Source: Bacteroidia bacterium (GTDB lineage Bacteria; Bacteroidota; Bacteroidia; NS11-12g; UBA9320). Taken from it: a stretch of 64,000 bases of DNA. Shown piece by piece: positions 51,703 to 61,053 of the stretch; position 1 is the stretch's first letter; each line of letters opens with the position of its first letter. Both the position numbers and the translations under genes were made by a program. The stretch spans positions 418,831 to 482,830 of the forward strand of contig JAGYJG010000001.1 of assembly GCA_018402155.1 (NCBI GenBank). The letters run 5' to 3'. The notes below the pieces were generated by a model. It was not told the origin of the DNA. It was given only the letters and a program-made list of their open reading frames with translations, and did not search any database.

Positions 51703-53820
51703 TTATTCACTTTCCACAAACAAAAAATCAATGTTTCGTTTTGCTAAATCAGTGTTCTTTACCAGAATTCTTACTTGCTGGCCCATAGCATATGTTTTTC
51801 GAGTTCGATCTCCTATAACCTTCTTTTTTTCAGGCAAAAAGGTGTAGTGATCGTCTTTCATATCGCGAAGTCTTACCATTCCTTCACATTTATTTTCTAC
51901 TATTTCTACAAAAATTCCCCAATCGGTGACACCACTAATAATACCATCAAATTCTTCTCCTTTGAAACTAGACATATACTCTACTTGCTTATACTTAATA
52001 CTTGCTCGTTCTGCATTAGTAGCTTTTTGCTCTTGTTTACTGCTATGGCTTGCCATTTTTTCTACAGTTGTGTAATCAAAAGATTTGTGCTTGCTGAGAA
52101 AGTCTTGCAACATTCGGTGGGTGATCAGGTCTGGGTACCTGCGAATTGGTGAGGTAAAATGGGCATAAAAATCAAAGGCAAGTCCAAAATGTCCTATCTT
52201 CTTACTCGTGTAGTACGCTTTTTCCATGCTGCGTATGGCCAATGGCTGTAAAATATCACCCTCCATCGTGCCCTCTATTTTAGCCACCATGTCATTGATT
52301 GATTGACTGTAGGCCTTGTTTGAGCTCATATCAATCTTAAATCCAAATTCTAAAGCGGTGGTTGCAAATTCAGTCATTTTTTCTTCGGTAGGTTCCTCAT
52401 GTACACGATAGGGTAGAGGCATTTTATCATTTTTTGTATACAAGTGCATAGCCACATATTTGTTGGCTAATAGCATGTATTCCTCTATCATTTTGTGTGC
52501 ATCTTTACGTACTTTGGGTATTACAGCTGTTGGCGCACCGTTCTTATCTAGCACGAATCGAAATTCAGTGGTTTCAAAATTAATAGCGCCGTTTTTGTAG
52601 CGTGCATTTCTCAGATTTAGAGCAATGTCATTCATCGTTTTCAGCTCCTTGGCGTAGTTACCTTTTTGAGTTTCGATTACCTTTTGGGCATCTTCGTATG
52701 CAAATCGGTGGTCAGAATAAATTATAGTTTTTGCAAAACGGTATTTTTTTACAACTCCTTGGTTATCAAGTTCAAAAATAACTGAAAAAGTAAGTGATTC
52801 CTCGTGAGGACGAAGTGAACAAAGTTCATTGCTTAGTCGCTCGGGCAGCATTGGTATTGTTCTGTCTACTAAGTATACTGAGGTGGCTCGGTCGACTGCT
52901 TCTTGGTCTATAATGCTGCCTGGCGTTACATAGTGCGAAACATCTGCAATGTGCACACCAACTTCAATATTGCCATTTGGCAACGTTTGAAAACTAAGGG
53001 CATCGTCAAAATCTTTGGCGTCTGCAGGATCTACAGTAAAAGTAGTTATACCTCTAAAATCCTCTCGTTTAGCTATTTCTTCTGGCGAAATTTGCTTTGC
53101 AAATCGCTCAGCTTCTTGTTCTAGGGCATCGCTAAACTTAGTGCTAAACCCAAATTCTGCAACAATCGCATGCATTTCTGCCGTATTTTCACCCGATCTT
53201 CCCAAAATATCAACTACTGTTGCATAAGGGTTTTTAGCTTTTGCAGGCCAGTCTTTGAATTTAAAAATGACTTTGTCTCCATCTGTAGCACCGTTTAAAC
53301 GCTCTTTTGGGATGAAAAAGTCAGTGTGCATCTTGCTACTATCGGGCAGTATGAAAAATGAGTTTCCTCCGGCAGATATCGTACCTACATAAGTCTCTCT
53401 TGCTCGCGACACTACTCGGTTTACAAAAGCACGCGGTTTTGATTTGCCTTGTGTGTATTTTAATACAACAGCTACTTCGTCCCCATCAAAAGCATCTAGC
53501 GTATCACCAGATTTCACTTTGATATCTTCATCTATATTTTCTACAACTAAATAAGCATCTCCTCTAGCATTGAAATCTAGTTTACCTATTACTTCGTCTT
53601 TGGATTCACGTTTTATTATGTATTTGCCTGTTTCGGGTTCAGTTAATTTACCGTCACGCTTTAGTAATACCAATATATGACTGAGTTCTTTGTGCGAAAT
53701 ATGTGGTAGTTGAGCACCTATTTGCTTATAATTTTGTGGTTTATTCGCACTTTGTGCTAGCACGTCTAGCACTTGGTCGTATGTTTTCGACTTTCGGGTG
53801 CGTTTGTTTGTTTTTTTCAA
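51703..53820 (-). CDS. rnr: Ribonuclease R
   Basis: DPADAKDFDDA, VHIADVS, IEEYMLLAN, HFTSPIRRYPD and a C-terminal S1 domain. Confidence 0.95.
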   Translation of the reverse strand: MKKTNKRTRKSKTYDQVLDVLAQSANKPQNYKQIGAQLPHISHKELSHILVLLKRDGKLTEPETGKYIIKRESKDEVIGKLDFNARGDAYLVVENIDEDIKVKSGDTLDAFDGDEVAVVLKYTQGKSKPRAFVNRVVSRARETYVGTISAGGNSFFILPDSSKMHTDFFIPKERLNGATDGDKVIFKFKDWPAKAKNPYATVVDILGRSGENTAEMHAIVAEFGFSTKFSDALEQEAERFAKQISPEEIAKREDFRGITTFTVDPADAKDFDDALSFQTLPNGNIEVGVHIADVSHYVTPGSIIDQEAVDRATSVYLVDRTIPMLPERLSNELCSLRPHEESLTFSVIFELDNQGVVKKYRFAKTIIYSDHRFAYEDAQKVIETQKGNYAKELKTMNDIALNLRNARYKNGAINFETTEFRFVLDKNGAPTAVIPKVRKDAHKMIEEYMLLANKYVAMHLYTKNDKMPLPYRVHEEPTEEKMTEFATTALEFGFKIDMSSNKAYSQSINDMVAKIEGTMEGDILQPLAIRSMEKAYYTSKKIGHFGLAFDFYAHFTSPIRRYPDLITHRMLQDFLSKHKSFDYTTVEKMASHSSKQEQKATNAERASIKYKQVEYMSSFKGEEFDGIISGVTDWGIFVEIVENKCEGMVRLRDMKDDHYTFLPEKKKVIGDRTRKTYAMGQQVRILVKNTDLAKRNIDFLFVESE

Positions 53821-53831
53821 AATAGTTTGTT

Positions 53832-55484
53832 TTAATTTATGCTGTATTCCAGCAGTGTTTTGGTGTAATCCTCTTTAGGTCTACGAATTAATTGTTCTGT
53901 GTCTCCCATTTCTATTATTCTTCCTTGCCTCAAAACTATTATTTTGTTGCAGAAATAGCTTACCACGTTCATGTCATGGCTAATAAGCAGATAAGTAAGA
54001 CCTTTTTTTCTTTTGAGCTCGTTTAGCAGATTTAGTACTTTGGCCTGTACACTTACATCTAGCGCACTCACAGCCTCGTCTAAAACTATTATTTTCGGAT
54101 TTTTTGCGAGTGCTTTGGCTATGCAAATTCGTTGTCTTTGACCGCCAGAAAACTCGTGAGGATATTTGTCAAAATCAGAAGCTTGTAACCCAACTTCTTC
54201 CAACAAAGATACTACTTTATTTTTAAGTGAACCAATGGTCGATAAGTCAACCTGCTTTTTATCTAACGTTTCTAGTACCTCTAATAAGGCATTTCCTATC
54301 CTATGCTTAGGGTTGAGTGATGAAAAAGGATCTTGAAACACCAACTGTATTTTCGATGAAAAATGAGAGACGTCGTTTATGTTTTCTCCGTAGAGCTCAA
54401 TAGTGCCGCGTGTAGTTTTCCAAATTTTTAAAATAAGTTTGGCTATAGTGCTTTTTCCACTGCCACTTTCTCCTATTAACCCAATAATATCCCCGTTGTT
54501 TAGCTCAAAATTGATGTTATGTAGCACCTTTGTTTCTTCTTTTCTAAATAATAATGTTTTGAAGTGTGATTTTTCTACACTATCGATTCTTAAAAGAGAA
54601 TCTTCCGATTTTTTGTCTGGAGTTAATGTTCTTTTGGGCAGTCGGTTAAAATGAAGTTGCCCATCTTTTATTTGTAGCAAATCGTCTATTTCTGCAAGAA
54701 TACTCCCGCGCTTTTTGTAGGTGGCTCTACTTTCTATCAGTGCTTTGGTATAGGGGTGTATGGGTGTATTTAAGATAGTTGCTGCATTTCCCTGCTCTAC
54801 AAGGCTGCCTTGGTACATCACAGCTATTTGGTCTGCAAACCCATGCAGAGACAGTAAATCGTGGGTGATAAAGAGAATACCCATTTTTTCAGTTTTGCTC
54901 AGTTTTCTCAGAAGAGTTAAAATTTCAGATTGCACAGCAATATCTAAGGCTGTGGTGGGCTCGTCAGCTATTAGTAGTTTTGGCTTTTTGGCTAGTGCCA
55001 TAGCTATCATTATACGCTGTCTTTGTCCTCCGCTCAGCTCATGTGGATAACTGCCAGCCACTCGCTCTATATCCGTGAGCTCCACTTTTTGCAACAGCTC
55101 GTTTAGATAATCTTTACTTGGTACTTCTGCGCATTCAAGTATCTGCCTTCCGCAAGTTATCAGAGGATTTAGTGCCGTCATAGGCTCCTGAAAAATATAG
55201 GCTACCAATCTTTTGCGCACCGCTCTGAGTGAGTTCTTGTCTATTTTTAACAGATCAAGTGGATCATCTTTGTCATAAAAAAAAACTTCGCCACCTAATA
55301 TAGCCTCATCTATTAGGCGAGTGATGCATTGGCTTGCTACCGACTTTCCACTGCCACTTTCGCCAATGAGACCTAAGATTTCACCTTGGTTTATACAGAA
55401 ACTAATTCCTTTTACTGCAGTAAAATATGCTGACTTATCTAGCTTAAATTTTACGCTAAAGTTATGTACATCAAGGATTTTCAA
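53832..55484 (-). CDS. Peptide ABC transporter ATP-binding protein with two fused domains (DppD/DppF-like)
   Basis: Two GESGSGKS Walker A motifs and two SGGQRQR signatures; HPYT. Confidence 0.92.
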   Translation of the reverse strand: MKILDVHNFSVKFKLDKSAYFTAVKGISFCINQGEILGLIGESGSGKSVASQCITRLIDEAILGGEVFFYDKDDPLDLLKIDKNSLRAVRKRLVAYIFQEPMTALNPLITCGRQILECAEVPSKDYLNELLQKVELTDIERVAGSYPHELSGGQRQRIMIAMALAKKPKLLIADEPTTALDIAVQSEILTLLRKLSKTEKMGILFITHDLLSLHGFADQIAVMYQGSLVEQGNAATILNTPIHPYTKALIESRATYKKRGSILAEIDDLLQIKDGQLHFNRLPKRTLTPDKKSEDSLLRIDSVEKSHFKTLLFRKEETKVLHNINFELNNGDIIGLIGESGSGKSTIAKLILKIWKTTRGTIELYGENINDVSHFSSKIQLVFQDPFSSLNPKHRIGNALLEVLETLDKKQVDLSTIGSLKNKVVSLLEEVGLQASDFDKYPHEFSGGQRQRICIAKALAKNPKIIVLDEAVSALDVSVQAKVLNLLNELKRKKGLTYLLISHDMNVVSYFCNKIIVLRQGRIIEMGDTEQLIRRPKEDYTKTLLEYSIN

Positions 55485-55487
55485 TGA

Positions 55488-55964
55488 TTATCTGAGTCTA
55501 TCCATAGAGCGTATGAGCTGCTCGTCTTTTCTTACTCCTCTAAGAGCTAAAAAGTTGAAAAACAAGATTGCCAAAGGAAGAAGTGCACTAAATGTATAGT
55601 TTGCTTGTGAGTCTTGTCCCTCAAAATAATTCATGTGAAGGCTATACATATACATCATTACTATGAGGCCAAGTATAATAAGGAAGTTGAATGAGGAGAG
55701 AAGTACTTGCATTTTTCTATTTTTGAATACCAATAATGCAGCTAAACTTAGTAAAGAAATTGCTCCGATAAAATATATTAGCCACGTATTACTCTCTTTG
55801 ATAGTACCGTCTTTAGCTATTATTTCTGTTTCGTCGTATTCAACATTATATTTTTCTTGAGTGGAGGTATTTTCTGCTATAAAAAAAACCGTATCAGAAA
55901 ATAGTAACATCAAGCTGATAGCTACTATAGCTAAAAAATATAGTGTTTGTGGTCTTTGTATCAT
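55488..55964 (-). CDS. DUF4293 family membrane protein
   Basis: MIQRPQTLY start, FKNRKMQ and DEQLIRSMDRLR end. The ORF-track TTG at 55973 falls inside the promoter element. Confidence 0.85.
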   Translation of the reverse strand: MIQRPQTLYFLAIVAISLMLLFSDTVFFIAENTSTQEKYNVEYDETEIIAKDGTIKESNTWLIYFIGAISLLSLAALLVFKNRKMQVLLSSFNFLIILGLIVMMYMYSLHMNYFEGQDSQANYTFSALLPLAILFFNFLALRGVRKDEQLIRSMDRLR

Positions 55965-56038
55965 TGTTGGCAAAGTTAAACATTAAGTGTCTTTTTGTGT
56001 TTTACCTTTGACCAAATATTTAGCTATTTGCCCACAAT

Positions 56039-57517
56039 TTGAAACACCCACAAAAAAATACAACAGCTACCGTGATTGGTGCAGGTGTAGCAGGCCTAGC
56101 TACAGCTATTCGTTTAGCTAGTAAAGGCGTGGAGGTCACTGTTTTTGAGCAACAATCAACCTATGGCGGGAAAATGGGTGTTTGGCAAAATAAAGGTTAT
56201 CGATTTGATACTGGGCCATCTCTTTTTACTATGCCTCACTATGTGAAAGAATTGTTGGCTATCGACGGAAAAAATGATGTTAATTTTGAATTCAAAGAGC
56301 TTGACATAGTATGCAATTATTTTTGGGATGACGGCACTACCTTGCAAGCAACCAAGGATCTAGAAAAACTCCAAAATGCTTTTGAAAATAACTTAAACGA
56401 ACCTAAAACTAATATTGCCGCGTTTTTAGCAGATAGCAAGAAGAAGTACGATATCACAAGTCATGTTTTTTTAGAGAAATCACTCCACAAACTCAGAACT
56501 TATCTCGATTGGAGTACTTTTCGAAGCATTTTTAAGTTGCCGCAAGTGGAAATTTTCAAACAAATGAACTACCAAAATGAACGAAGGTTCAAAAATCCTA
56601 AGACCGTTCAGTTTTTCAACCGATATGCCACATACAACGGTTCTAATCCCTATTTGGCACCCGCTACTTTAAATGTAATCCCTCACTATGAATATGGTTT
56701 TGGAGCATTCTTCCCAACAAAGGGTATTCGCTCAATAGCTACTTCGCTGTACCACAAAGCAGTAAATTTAGGGGTTTCATTTCACTTTGATTCACCTGTG
56801 AGTCAAATACATAAATATGGAAATCGCTACGTGGTGAATGGTACGCAAGAAAGTGATATTTTAGTGTGTAATATGGATGTAGCCTCCGCTGCTCGTGGCC
56901 CTCTGAGAAATATTATACCTAGTAAACGAAAAAAATACGAGCCATCCAGCTCAGCACTCATTTTTTATTGGGGGATTAATCGTACGTTCCCAAATCTAGA
57001 TGTACATAATATCTTCTTCTCAAACAATTACAAAAAGGAGTTTACTTCAATTTTTACAGAAAAGAAAATAGATGATGACCCTACAGTCTACATACATATT
57101 AGCAGTAAATGCAATGCTGCCGACGCTCCCCAAGGTAGTGAAAATTGGTTTGTAATGGTGAATGCTCCGTATACAGAAAATCAAGATTGGGAAGTGATTA
57201 TTGCAAAGACTAAAGTACGTATTTTAGAAAAGCTAAATAAGGTATTAGGTATAGATATTACCAAACACATAGTGCTAGAACACAAGCTAACCCCCGAACT
57301 AATTCAGAGTAAAACTGGCAGTTACAAAGGAGCGCTCTACGGATCTAGTTCAAATAGTAGGATGGCAGCATTTCTTCGTCAGCCTAATTTTAGTAGCAAG
57401 CACAAAGGGCTGTATTTCTGCGGAGGTAGTGTGCACCCCGGTGGTGGTATTCCGCTATGTTTGCTTTCCGGAAAAATAACATCAGATTGTATACAACGTG
57501 ATTTCAAACTTTATTAA
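56039..57517 (+). CDS. crtD: 1-hydroxycarotenoid 3,4-desaturase (CrtI superfamily)
   Basis: GAGVAG FAD motif, FDTGPSLFTMP, RYATYNGS.PY.AP and GGSVHPGGGIPLCLLS; adjacent to cruF. Confidence 0.85.
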   Translation: MKHPQKNTTATVIGAGVAGLATAIRLASKGVEVTVFEQQSTYGGKMGVWQNKGYRFDTGPSLFTMPHYVKELLAIDGKNDVNFEFKELDIVCNYFWDDGTTLQATKDLEKLQNAFENNLNEPKTNIAAFLADSKKKYDITSHVFLEKSLHKLRTYLDWSTFRSIFKLPQVEIFKQMNYQNERRFKNPKTVQFFNRYATYNGSNPYLAPATLNVIPHYEYGFGAFFPTKGIRSIATSLYHKAVNLGVSFHFDSPVSQIHKYGNRYVVNGTQESDILVCNMDVASAARGPLRNIIPSKRKKYEPSSSALIFYWGINRTFPNLDVHNIFFSNNYKKEFTSIFTEKKIDDDPTVYIHISSKCNAADAPQGSENWFVMVNAPYTENQDWEVIIAKTKVRILEKLNKVLGIDITKHIVLEHKLTPELIQSKTGSYKGALYGSSSNSRMAAFLRQPNFSSKHKGLYFCGGSVHPGGGIPLCLLSGKITSDCIQRDFKLY

Positions 57518-58124
57518 AAAACACTTTTTTACGTTACTTTTTGTCCCTTATGCCGTGGGTACAATCGGAATACTGCTACCTCTGAGTAGGTCTTTTTTCT
57601 TGGGACTAACCCCCATTATGCTGCTTTTTAGTTTTGTCTTGGTGGTGGTAGAAGAAGGCAGATGGGTAAGATATAACATTCTGGGGTTGCTTTTCATTGT
57701 TGCTAGTGGTTTTTTTGTAGAGTATTTGGGTGTCAATTTCGGATACCTTTTTGGCGACTATCAATATGGCAGCACACTTGGTCCAAAATTTAAAGGCGTG
57801 CCAATTACTATTGCCTTGAATTGGGCCATGCTTTGCATTGCATCAAGAAGTATGGTTAACTTAATTTCTAACGATGTGTGGATCTCATCTTTTCTTGCAG
57901 CTGCGGTGGTCACAGCATACGATGTACTGCTAGAACCTGTCGCAATAAAATTTAACTGGTGGTCATGGGATGGAGGTAATATACCCCTTTTCAACTATAT
58001 CTGCTGGTTTGTTTTTTCATTTATTTTCCAGCTCATTTTCAGAAAAGTGTCAAAAACAACAGGAAGAAGCTTCTGGATGATTTTTGTGCATGCAATATTC
58101 TATTGGATTCTAGTATTGTTGTAG
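57498..58124 (+). CDS. cruF: Carotenoid 1,2-hydratase, CruF type
   Basis: E.LGV..G.LFG.Y.YG..LGP, D..LEP.A and IPLFNY..W motifs. Confidence 0.8.
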   Translation: MISNFIKKHFFTLLFVPYAVGTIGILLPLSRSFFLGLTPIMLLFSFVLVVVEEGRWVRYNILGLLFIVASGFFVEYLGVNFGYLFGDYQYGSTLGPKFKGVPITIALNWAMLCIASRSMVNLISNDVWISSFLAAAVVTAYDVLLEPVAIKFNWWSWDGGNIPLFNYICWFVFSFIFQLIFRKVSKTTGRSFWMIFVHAIFYWILVLL

Positions 58125-58125
58125 C

Positions 58126-58551
58126 ATGGTTTGGTTGACTTTATTATGTATAGGGACTTTATTTAGTAGCATAGAAAACATTCGAGCGGTGTACCAGTCG
58201 CAAGATGAAGAAAAGGTGCTTGCCACCTTGAAGCAGCTGGAAACAAAAGTTTTACTCTCTCCTGATGAAAAATGCTATAAGGCAGTATTTTTATGTATGA
58301 AAGCAGATTATTTGTTGTGGCCAAATGATAAACTAGCGGCGTTTAGAAAAGGATATGCTGAATTGAATGAATTAATAGATGCTTATCCTACGAATGCAGA
58401 GTATAAATATCATCGCTATATGATTGAAAAACACACACCCTCTTGGCTTGTAGAGGTAAGCCATATGAATAGTGACAAAGCATTTGTAAAAGCCACTATG
58501 AATTCAAACCATCCGATGTATAGCTTTATGCTAAATACACTAGAAAAATAA
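58126..58551 (+). CDS. Exported helical hypothetical protein, third gene of the crtD operon
   Basis: Starts 1 nt after the cruF stop; signal-like N-terminus; PNDKLAAFRKG...P.NAE. Confidence 0.65.
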   Translation: MVWLTLLCIGTLFSSIENIRAVYQSQDEEKVLATLKQLETKVLLSPDEKCYKAVFLCMKADYLLWPNDKLAAFRKGYAELNELIDAYPTNAEYKYHRYMIEKHTPSWLVEVSHMNSDKAFVKATMNSNHPMYSFMLNTLEK

Positions 58552-58672
58552 GTGTGAAATTGATCTTCTGCGTATTTGAATCACGCACTTTTTCTTTATT
58601 GATCTAATTCCTTTCTAGGTATTTATCTTCATTCTTTCACAGTGAGATTGAAGTGACTATTTTTGCTCACAA

Positions 58673-59872
58673 ATGAAACGAGCATTTGTAGTAGACGCTA
58701 CCCGAACAGCGGTAGGAAAATTTGGAGGTACTCTCGCCTCTGTGCGCCCTGATGATTTGGGTGCGGCGGTAATAAAAGCATTAGTAGCTAGAAATTCATC
58801 AATAGATACCAACGATATTGAAGACGTCATTTTTGGGGCTGCAAATCAGGCTGGCGAAGACAACAGAAATGTTGCACGTATGAGTTTACTTTTGGCTGGC
58901 CTTCCGGTAACCGTGCCAGGTATTACCATCAATAGGCTTTGTGCTAGTAGTTTGCAAGCAATAGGTGACGCTGCCAAAAATATTGCAGTTGGCTATGGAG
59001 ATATGTTTGTAGCAGGTGGAGTAGAGAGTATGACCCGTGCCCCTTTGGTGATGCCCAAAGCAGATACAGCCTACTCCCGAAACGCTACAATTTATGATAC
59101 CTCTATCGGTTGGCGTTTTGTAAACCCAGCACTTTCTAAAATGTACTATCCGTTTCCGATGGGCGAAACTGCCGAAAATTTGGCAGATAAATACAAAATA
59201 ACACGCGAAGAACAAGATCAATTTGCTCATTATTCGCAACAGAAGTACCAAAATGCTCACGAAGCTGGAAAATTTGGTAATGAAATAATACCAATTCATA
59301 TACCGCAACGCAAGTCCGATGCTATTGTGTTTGATAAAGATGAGCACCCCAGACTTAGTAGTATTGAAAAGTTGGCAGGTCTAAATGCAGCCTTCAGAAG
59401 AGGTGGATCTGTGACTGCAGGAAATTCTAGTGGAGTGAATGATGGTGCGGCGGCGTTGCTTATAGTGAGTGAAGAAGCACTAAAACGATACAACTTAGAG
59501 CCAATAGCTGAAATAGTGAGTAGTGCAGCCGCAGGTGTACCGCCCGAAATTATGGGAATAGGACCAGTACCTGCTACTCAAAAAGCACTAAAGCGTGCAG
59601 GTATTGGGGTCAAAGATCTTGATTTGATTGAGTTAAACGAGGCCTTCGCTGCCCAAGCTATAGCGTGTATGCGAGACTTAGATTTTAATCCAGAAATAGT
59701 TAATGTTAATGGTGGTTCTATTGCTATAGGTCATCCACTGGGTGCATCTGGTGCTCGTATTGCGGCTACTTTGATGCACGAGTTGAAGAATAGGCCAAAT
59801 GCTAAATACGCCTTGGCAACCATGTGTATAGGTGTAGGACAGGGGGTAGCCGTCGTATTCAAAAAATGCTGA
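58673..59872 (+). CDS. Acetyl-CoA C-acyltransferase (thiolase, PcaF/PaaJ-like)
   Basis: NQAGEDNRNVARM, NRLCAS, NEAFA, GHPLGASG and MCIGVGQG motifs. Confidence 0.93.
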   Translation: MKRAFVVDATRTAVGKFGGTLASVRPDDLGAAVIKALVARNSSIDTNDIEDVIFGAANQAGEDNRNVARMSLLLAGLPVTVPGITINRLCASSLQAIGDAAKNIAVGYGDMFVAGGVESMTRAPLVMPKADTAYSRNATIYDTSIGWRFVNPALSKMYYPFPMGETAENLADKYKITREEQDQFAHYSQQKYQNAHEAGKFGNEIIPIHIPQRKSDAIVFDKDEHPRLSSIEKLAGLNAAFRRGGSVTAGNSSGVNDGAAALLIVSEEALKRYNLEPIAEIVSSAAAGVPPEIMGIGPVPATQKALKRAGIGVKDLDLIELNEAFAAQAIACMRDLDFNPEIVNVNGGSIAIGHPLGASGARIAATLMHELKNRPNAKYALATMCIGVGQGVAVVFKKC

Positions 59873-60129
59873 AATAAAGAAGTGTGAGTTCTATATTAAA
59901 TAGACTATATAATTAAAACTTTTCACCATTTTGTAACGGTATGCTTAGTCAGATTAAAACTATATTGGTATAAAATTAACTGCTTTTATTTTATGTCTAC
60001 CATTCAATATTTGAAGTGTTTTAAACCTAAAGTGTTTGGTTTAATCTATGCTATAAATATTTCTTTATTAGGTATACTAATTTAATCTGTTAGCATGTAA
60101 GCTTTCTTTTCAATAAAAATGTTTGGATA

Positions 60130-60161
60130 AAAAAAAGGCGACCAATTGGTCGCCTTTTTTT
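60130..60161. terminator. Bidirectional terminator between the thiolase gene and gldN
   Basis: Perfect 32-bp palindrome A7-GGCGACCAATTGGTCGCC-T7. Confidence 0.8.
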
Positions 60162-60171
60162 AAGTATTGTA

Positions 60172-61005
60172 TTAGTATTCCCAGAGATCGTGCTCCAAAA
60201 TAAATAGATCATTCTTGATTCTATCACTTTCGAGTAGAGCCTCTACACCATCATCTCTGAATTCTTCAAACATGGCTATGTCAAGGTCGTACATATTGTT
60301 CTCTTTCACAATGTAGCTGCTAAATTGCCTCATTTGAAACCATTGATCAAAACTTATCCGAGCTGCATCATTTTTTGCATTAAATACCTCTTGATTAGAA
60401 AGTTTGTCTCTCAAATCTTCCATTTTAAGCCAGTAAAGTGGTATTTCTCCAAGTTCAATTCCTGACTCGGTTAGTGGTTTAACTAGTGGTGCTATAGCAA
60501 TGATTCGTGCTCTGAAGTCAGAATAATTATAGTCGAATATCCAATCTTCCATTAGTCTATACTTCTGAATTTTGGATGGCTCTAACGTTTCCCTTACCGT
60601 TATTGGCACAAGGTCATACGGGTCATTTGGATTGTCTGGGTTAGGCACCATTACTGTAGATTCGATACTGATTTCTTTTAGTATGTCTTCAGGAGTTTTG
60701 ATGGATGTTAGCGAGTCATCTCTGTAAGCTGCAACCTCACCATCCATTGCTGCATTCCAAATCATCAGATAAAATGGGTTACGAGGCCAGTGCATTACTT
60801 TGTTTTGCTTTTCTCGTACGTCAATGATTCGGTGTACCCTCTTACTCCATTTTACATTTGCTTCGCGGATATATCGATAAGGAACAGCTTTACGTTCCTT
60901 TACAGCTGTGTGCGGGTAAGTGAAGTCTTCGAACGCACTTATTTGGGCATTTGATGCACCTACAATAAGTATGCAGGACATTATTATTAAAAGTGTTCTC
61001 TTCAT
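60172..61005 (-). CDS. gldN: Gliding motility/T9SS protein GldN (PorN)
   Basis: YIREANVKWSKRV, EDWIFD, RQFSSYIVKE and EHDLWEY; gene order after gldM. Confidence 0.92.
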   Translation of the reverse strand: MKRTLLIIMSCILIVGASNAQISAFEDFTYPHTAVKERKAVPYRYIREANVKWSKRVHRIIDVREKQNKVMHWPRNPFYLMIWNAAMDGEVAAYRDDSLTSIKTPEDILKEISIESTVMVPNPDNPNDPYDLVPITVRETLEPSKIQKYRLMEDWIFDYNYSDFRARIIAIAPLVKPLTESGIELGEIPLYWLKMEDLRDKLSNQEVFNAKNDAARISFDQWFQMRQFSSYIVKENNMYDLDIAMFEEFRDDGVEALLESDRIKNDLFILEHDLWEY

Positions 61006-61053
61006 ATCTATTTTATCTACTTCGCAAAAATAACGTTATTTTTATTCTATCTA

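Noticed and set aside
60130-60161. Perfect 32-bp palindrome as a possible MITE or REP element
   Set aside because: Single copy, with the shape and position of a bidirectional terminator
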